Assembly: GCA_030167145.1 (NCBI GenBank)
Contig: CP126532.1
Location: 3,540,001 to 3,572,000 of the forward strand
Direction: 5' to 3'
DNA: 32,000 nucleotides
From: Ktedonobacterales bacterium
Lineage (GTDB): Bacteria > Chloroflexota > Ktedonobacteria > Ktedonobacterales > JADMIN01
Within the stretch, counting starts at the first letter, position 1. Every line of letters starts with the position of its first letter. Below the pieces are notes generated by a model. The model was not told where the DNA came from, did not search any database, and saw only the letters and a list, made by a program, of their open reading frames with translations. This document shows, in pieces, positions 30,077-32,000 of the stretch. The position numbers were made by a program, and so were the translations under genes.

Positions 30077-31456
30077 ATGACGCAGCATACCAGAACCGTA
30101 GAGTCGCGCCCCGCTGCTGAGGCCGTGCCGCACGACGCCAACCAGGCCGTCGCCATCACCCGCTCGCTGCTGCGCGACCTCTTCGGCCCACCGGAGCAAC
30201 GCGACTTCGCCGTGCGCCTGTGGGATGGTTCGCGCGAGACGCCGCCCGAACGCGCGCCGCGCTATACCATCGCGCTCAACCGGCCAGGGGCGCTACGTCG
30301 CATTTTTCTGCCACCCTCGGAACTGGCGCTTGGCGAAGCGTATCTGGATGGCGACTTTGATATCGAAGGCGAGATCGAAGCCGCGGTTGGTCTGGCGAAC
30401 GTCGTCTCCGCGCGGCTCGGCTCGCCGCTCGGATACGCGGCCCTCATCCCACGGCTGCGCGCCCTGCCGGTGGACGATGCGCCAGCGGGCGCAACGGCTG
30501 GCAGCGCACCACGCGGGCGCGCGGCGCTGGCAGGCTTTGGCGCGCGCCACACCCGGCGGCGCGACGCGGCGGCGATTCGCTATCACTACGATGTCGGCAA
30601 CGACTTCTACGCACTGTGGCTCGATCAGCGGATGGTCTATTCCTGCGCGTATTTTCCCACTGGCGCAGAAGATCTCGATACGGCTCAGGAAGCCAAGCTA
30701 GAGCATATTTGCCGCAAGTTGCGGCTGCGTCCCGGCGAGCGCCTGCTCGACATCGGCTGTGGCTGGGGTGGGCTGGTGCGCTATGCCGCCGAACGCTATG
30801 GCGTGGAGGCGCTGGGGGTGACGCTCAGCGAGCCGCAGGCCGCGCTGGCCCGCGAGCGCATCGCGGCGGCTGGACTCACGGATCGTTGCCGGGTAGAGGT
30901 GCGTGACTACCGCGACCTGCCGCGCAACCGCCCGTTCGATAAGATTGTCAGCGTCGGCATGTTCGAGCATGTGGGCCGCTCGCACCTGTATACCTACTTC
31001 AACACAGCGTACCATCTGCTGCGCCCCGGCGGCCTTTTCCTCAACCACGGCATTGCCGAAGGCCCAGCCCAGCGCGGGATGAGCCTGCCGCTGCGCCTGC
31101 TCTGGCGTCCCGGCAGCTTTGTCGCGACGTATGTCTTCCCTGATGGCGAGCTGATCCCACCGGGTGAGGCGCTGCGCTACGCCGAGATGGTGGGTTTCGA
31201 GACGCGCGACGTGGAGAATCTCCGCGAGCATTACACACTGACGCTGCGCCAGTGGGTGCGCCGACTCGAAGCCCACCGCGAAGAAGCCGTGCGTATCGCT
31301 GGCGAGCGCACGTACCGCGTGTGGCGACTCTACATGGCGGGCGCGGCGCAGAGCTTCGCCACCGGCGGCAACAGCCTGATTCAGGCGCTCTTCACCAAGC
31401 TACATGGCGACGGCACGATCGAGCTGCCGCCCACCCGTGCCGATCTCTACGCATAG
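30077..31456 (+). CDS. Cyclopropane-fatty-acyl-phospholipid synthase family SAM-dependent methyltransferase
   Basis: ATG 30077 lies 8 nt after AGGAGG. The sequence includes HYDVGNDFYALWLDQRMVYSCAYF, LLDIGCGWGGL and SVGMFEHVG. Confidence 0.85.
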   Translation: MTQHTRTVESRPAAEAVPHDANQAVAITRSLLRDLFGPPEQRDFAVRLWDGSRETPPERAPRYTIALNRPGALRRIFLPPSELALGEAYLDGDFDIEGEIEAAVGLANVVSARLGSPLGYAALIPRLRALPVDDAPAGATAGSAPRGRAALAGFGARHTRRRDAAAIRYHYDVGNDFYALWLDQRMVYSCAYFPTGAEDLDTAQEAKLEHICRKLRLRPGERLLDIGCGWGGLVRYAAERYGVEALGVTLSEPQAALARERIAAAGLTDRCRVEVRDYRDLPRNRPFDKIVSVGMFEHVGRSHLYTYFNTAYHLLRPGGLFLNHGIAEGPAQRGMSLPLRLLWRPGSFVATYVFPDGELIPPGEALRYAEMVGFETRDVENLREHYTLTLRQWVRRLEAHREEAVRIAGERTYRVWRLYMAGAAQSFATGGNSLIQALFTKLHGDGTIELPPTRADLYA

Positions 31457-31475
31457 CGCGAACGTAGCGCGAACG
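31454..31475. repeat. Tandem 11-mer TAGCGCGAACG x2
   Basis: Copies at 31454-31464 and 31465-31475. The first unit starts with the cfa-like stop codon. Confidence 0.8.
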
Positions 31476-31479
31476 CATG

Positions 31480-31869
31480 CTATGGCGTGACGGTGATCGT
31501 CGCCTGCATCGAAGGATGGATGGTGCAGGTGATGTTATAGGTGCCTGCGTTGGGGAAGACAATCTGTTTCGTGTCACCGGGGCTGAAGTTGACGCCGCTG
31601 GATGCGGCGAACTCTGTGGGCGCGCCGGTCGCGGCGGCGAACTGGCCGTTCGTGCCGGTGACGAGATTGTGCGTGCCGCCCCCGCCGTCCGTATCGGCGA
31701 AGGTCACGGCCTGCCCGGCTTTGACGGTGATGCTGGTGTTGCCGGTGAAGCTGCTGCCCGCCATGGTGATGGTGCTGGAGTTGCCGCCACCGCTGGTGGT
31801 GGTTGTGCCGCCGCATGCCGCAAGCAACAACACCGCGATCAATGGCAGCGCGAGCGCGAGTTTCCGCAT
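31480..31869 (-). CDS. Cupredoxin (amicyanin/plastocyanin-like) lipoprotein
   Basis: ATG 31869. The signal peptide and lipobox read LLLAAC. The putative type-1 Cu ligands are GTHNLV (His) and CTIHPSM (Cys-x2-His-x2-Met, as in the amicyanin CTPHPFM). Confidence 0.75.
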   Translation of the reverse strand: MRKLALALPLIAVLLLAACGGTTTTSGGGNSSTITMAGSSFTGNTSITVKAGQAVTFADTDGGGGTHNLVTGTNGQFAAATGAPTEFAASSGVNFSPGDTKQIVFPNAGTYNITCTIHPSMQATITVTP

Positions 31870-32000
31870 GGTATGTGCCGTCCCTTTCGTGCATAGCTTG
31901 TCACCCAGCAGCGCAGGCGTCCATTGGGATGAGCCGCGGCATTCCTGCCGAGAACTCCCATTTCTGCCGGGCGACAAGACTCTGTAGGTATATCTGCACA

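Overview
High-GC bacterial chromosomal window. Gene content (Asp23-AmaP-DUF2273 operon, long-type DeoC next to an aldehyde dehydrogenase, a Vms1-like eRF1-fold protein, DinB and SRPBCC proteins) suggests a Terrabacteria lineage such as Chloroflexota or Actinomycetota, but that is inference only. All family calls come from reading motifs by eye; no database search was run. I call about 33 protein-coding genes. They include a truncated Ser/Thr kinase, a fluoride riboswitch with crcB, an LLM-type oxidoreductase, a nucleotidyltransferase, a four-gene Asp23 envelope-stress operon and a PLD/cardiolipin synthase. They also include an excisionase-like HTH with a BRO-N/DinD-like gene, a YafY/WYL regulator with deoC, SRPBCC and a fused ALDH, a DinB protein, a response regulator and an M29 aminopeptidase. 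The remainder are ispF, a PiT transporter, an ECF sigma with a membrane beta-propeller partner, a CFA-synthase-like methyltransferase and a cupredoxin lipoprotein. I recognised no rRNA, tRNA, CRISPR array, transposase or integrase. The main second-look items are: (1) about 0.8 kb of repeat-built, apparently non-coding sequence (3937-4718) inside a ~1 kb divergent intergenic region, including a perfect 9-mer x9 array, four copies of a 20-mer and an internal orphan promoter, with a compact paralogous module on the other side of the adjacent membrane-protein gene; (2) a tandemly duplicated membrane-protein ORF in which three nucleotide-identical blocks alternate with two unalignable loop cassettes; (3) two otherwise intact genes that each carry one in-frame TGA; (4) a bacterial eRF1/Vms1-like protein with a GxxQ loop; (5) a recurring extended -10 signature, TGCTAnACT, that lets many promoters be read directly, two of them orphan or antisense.
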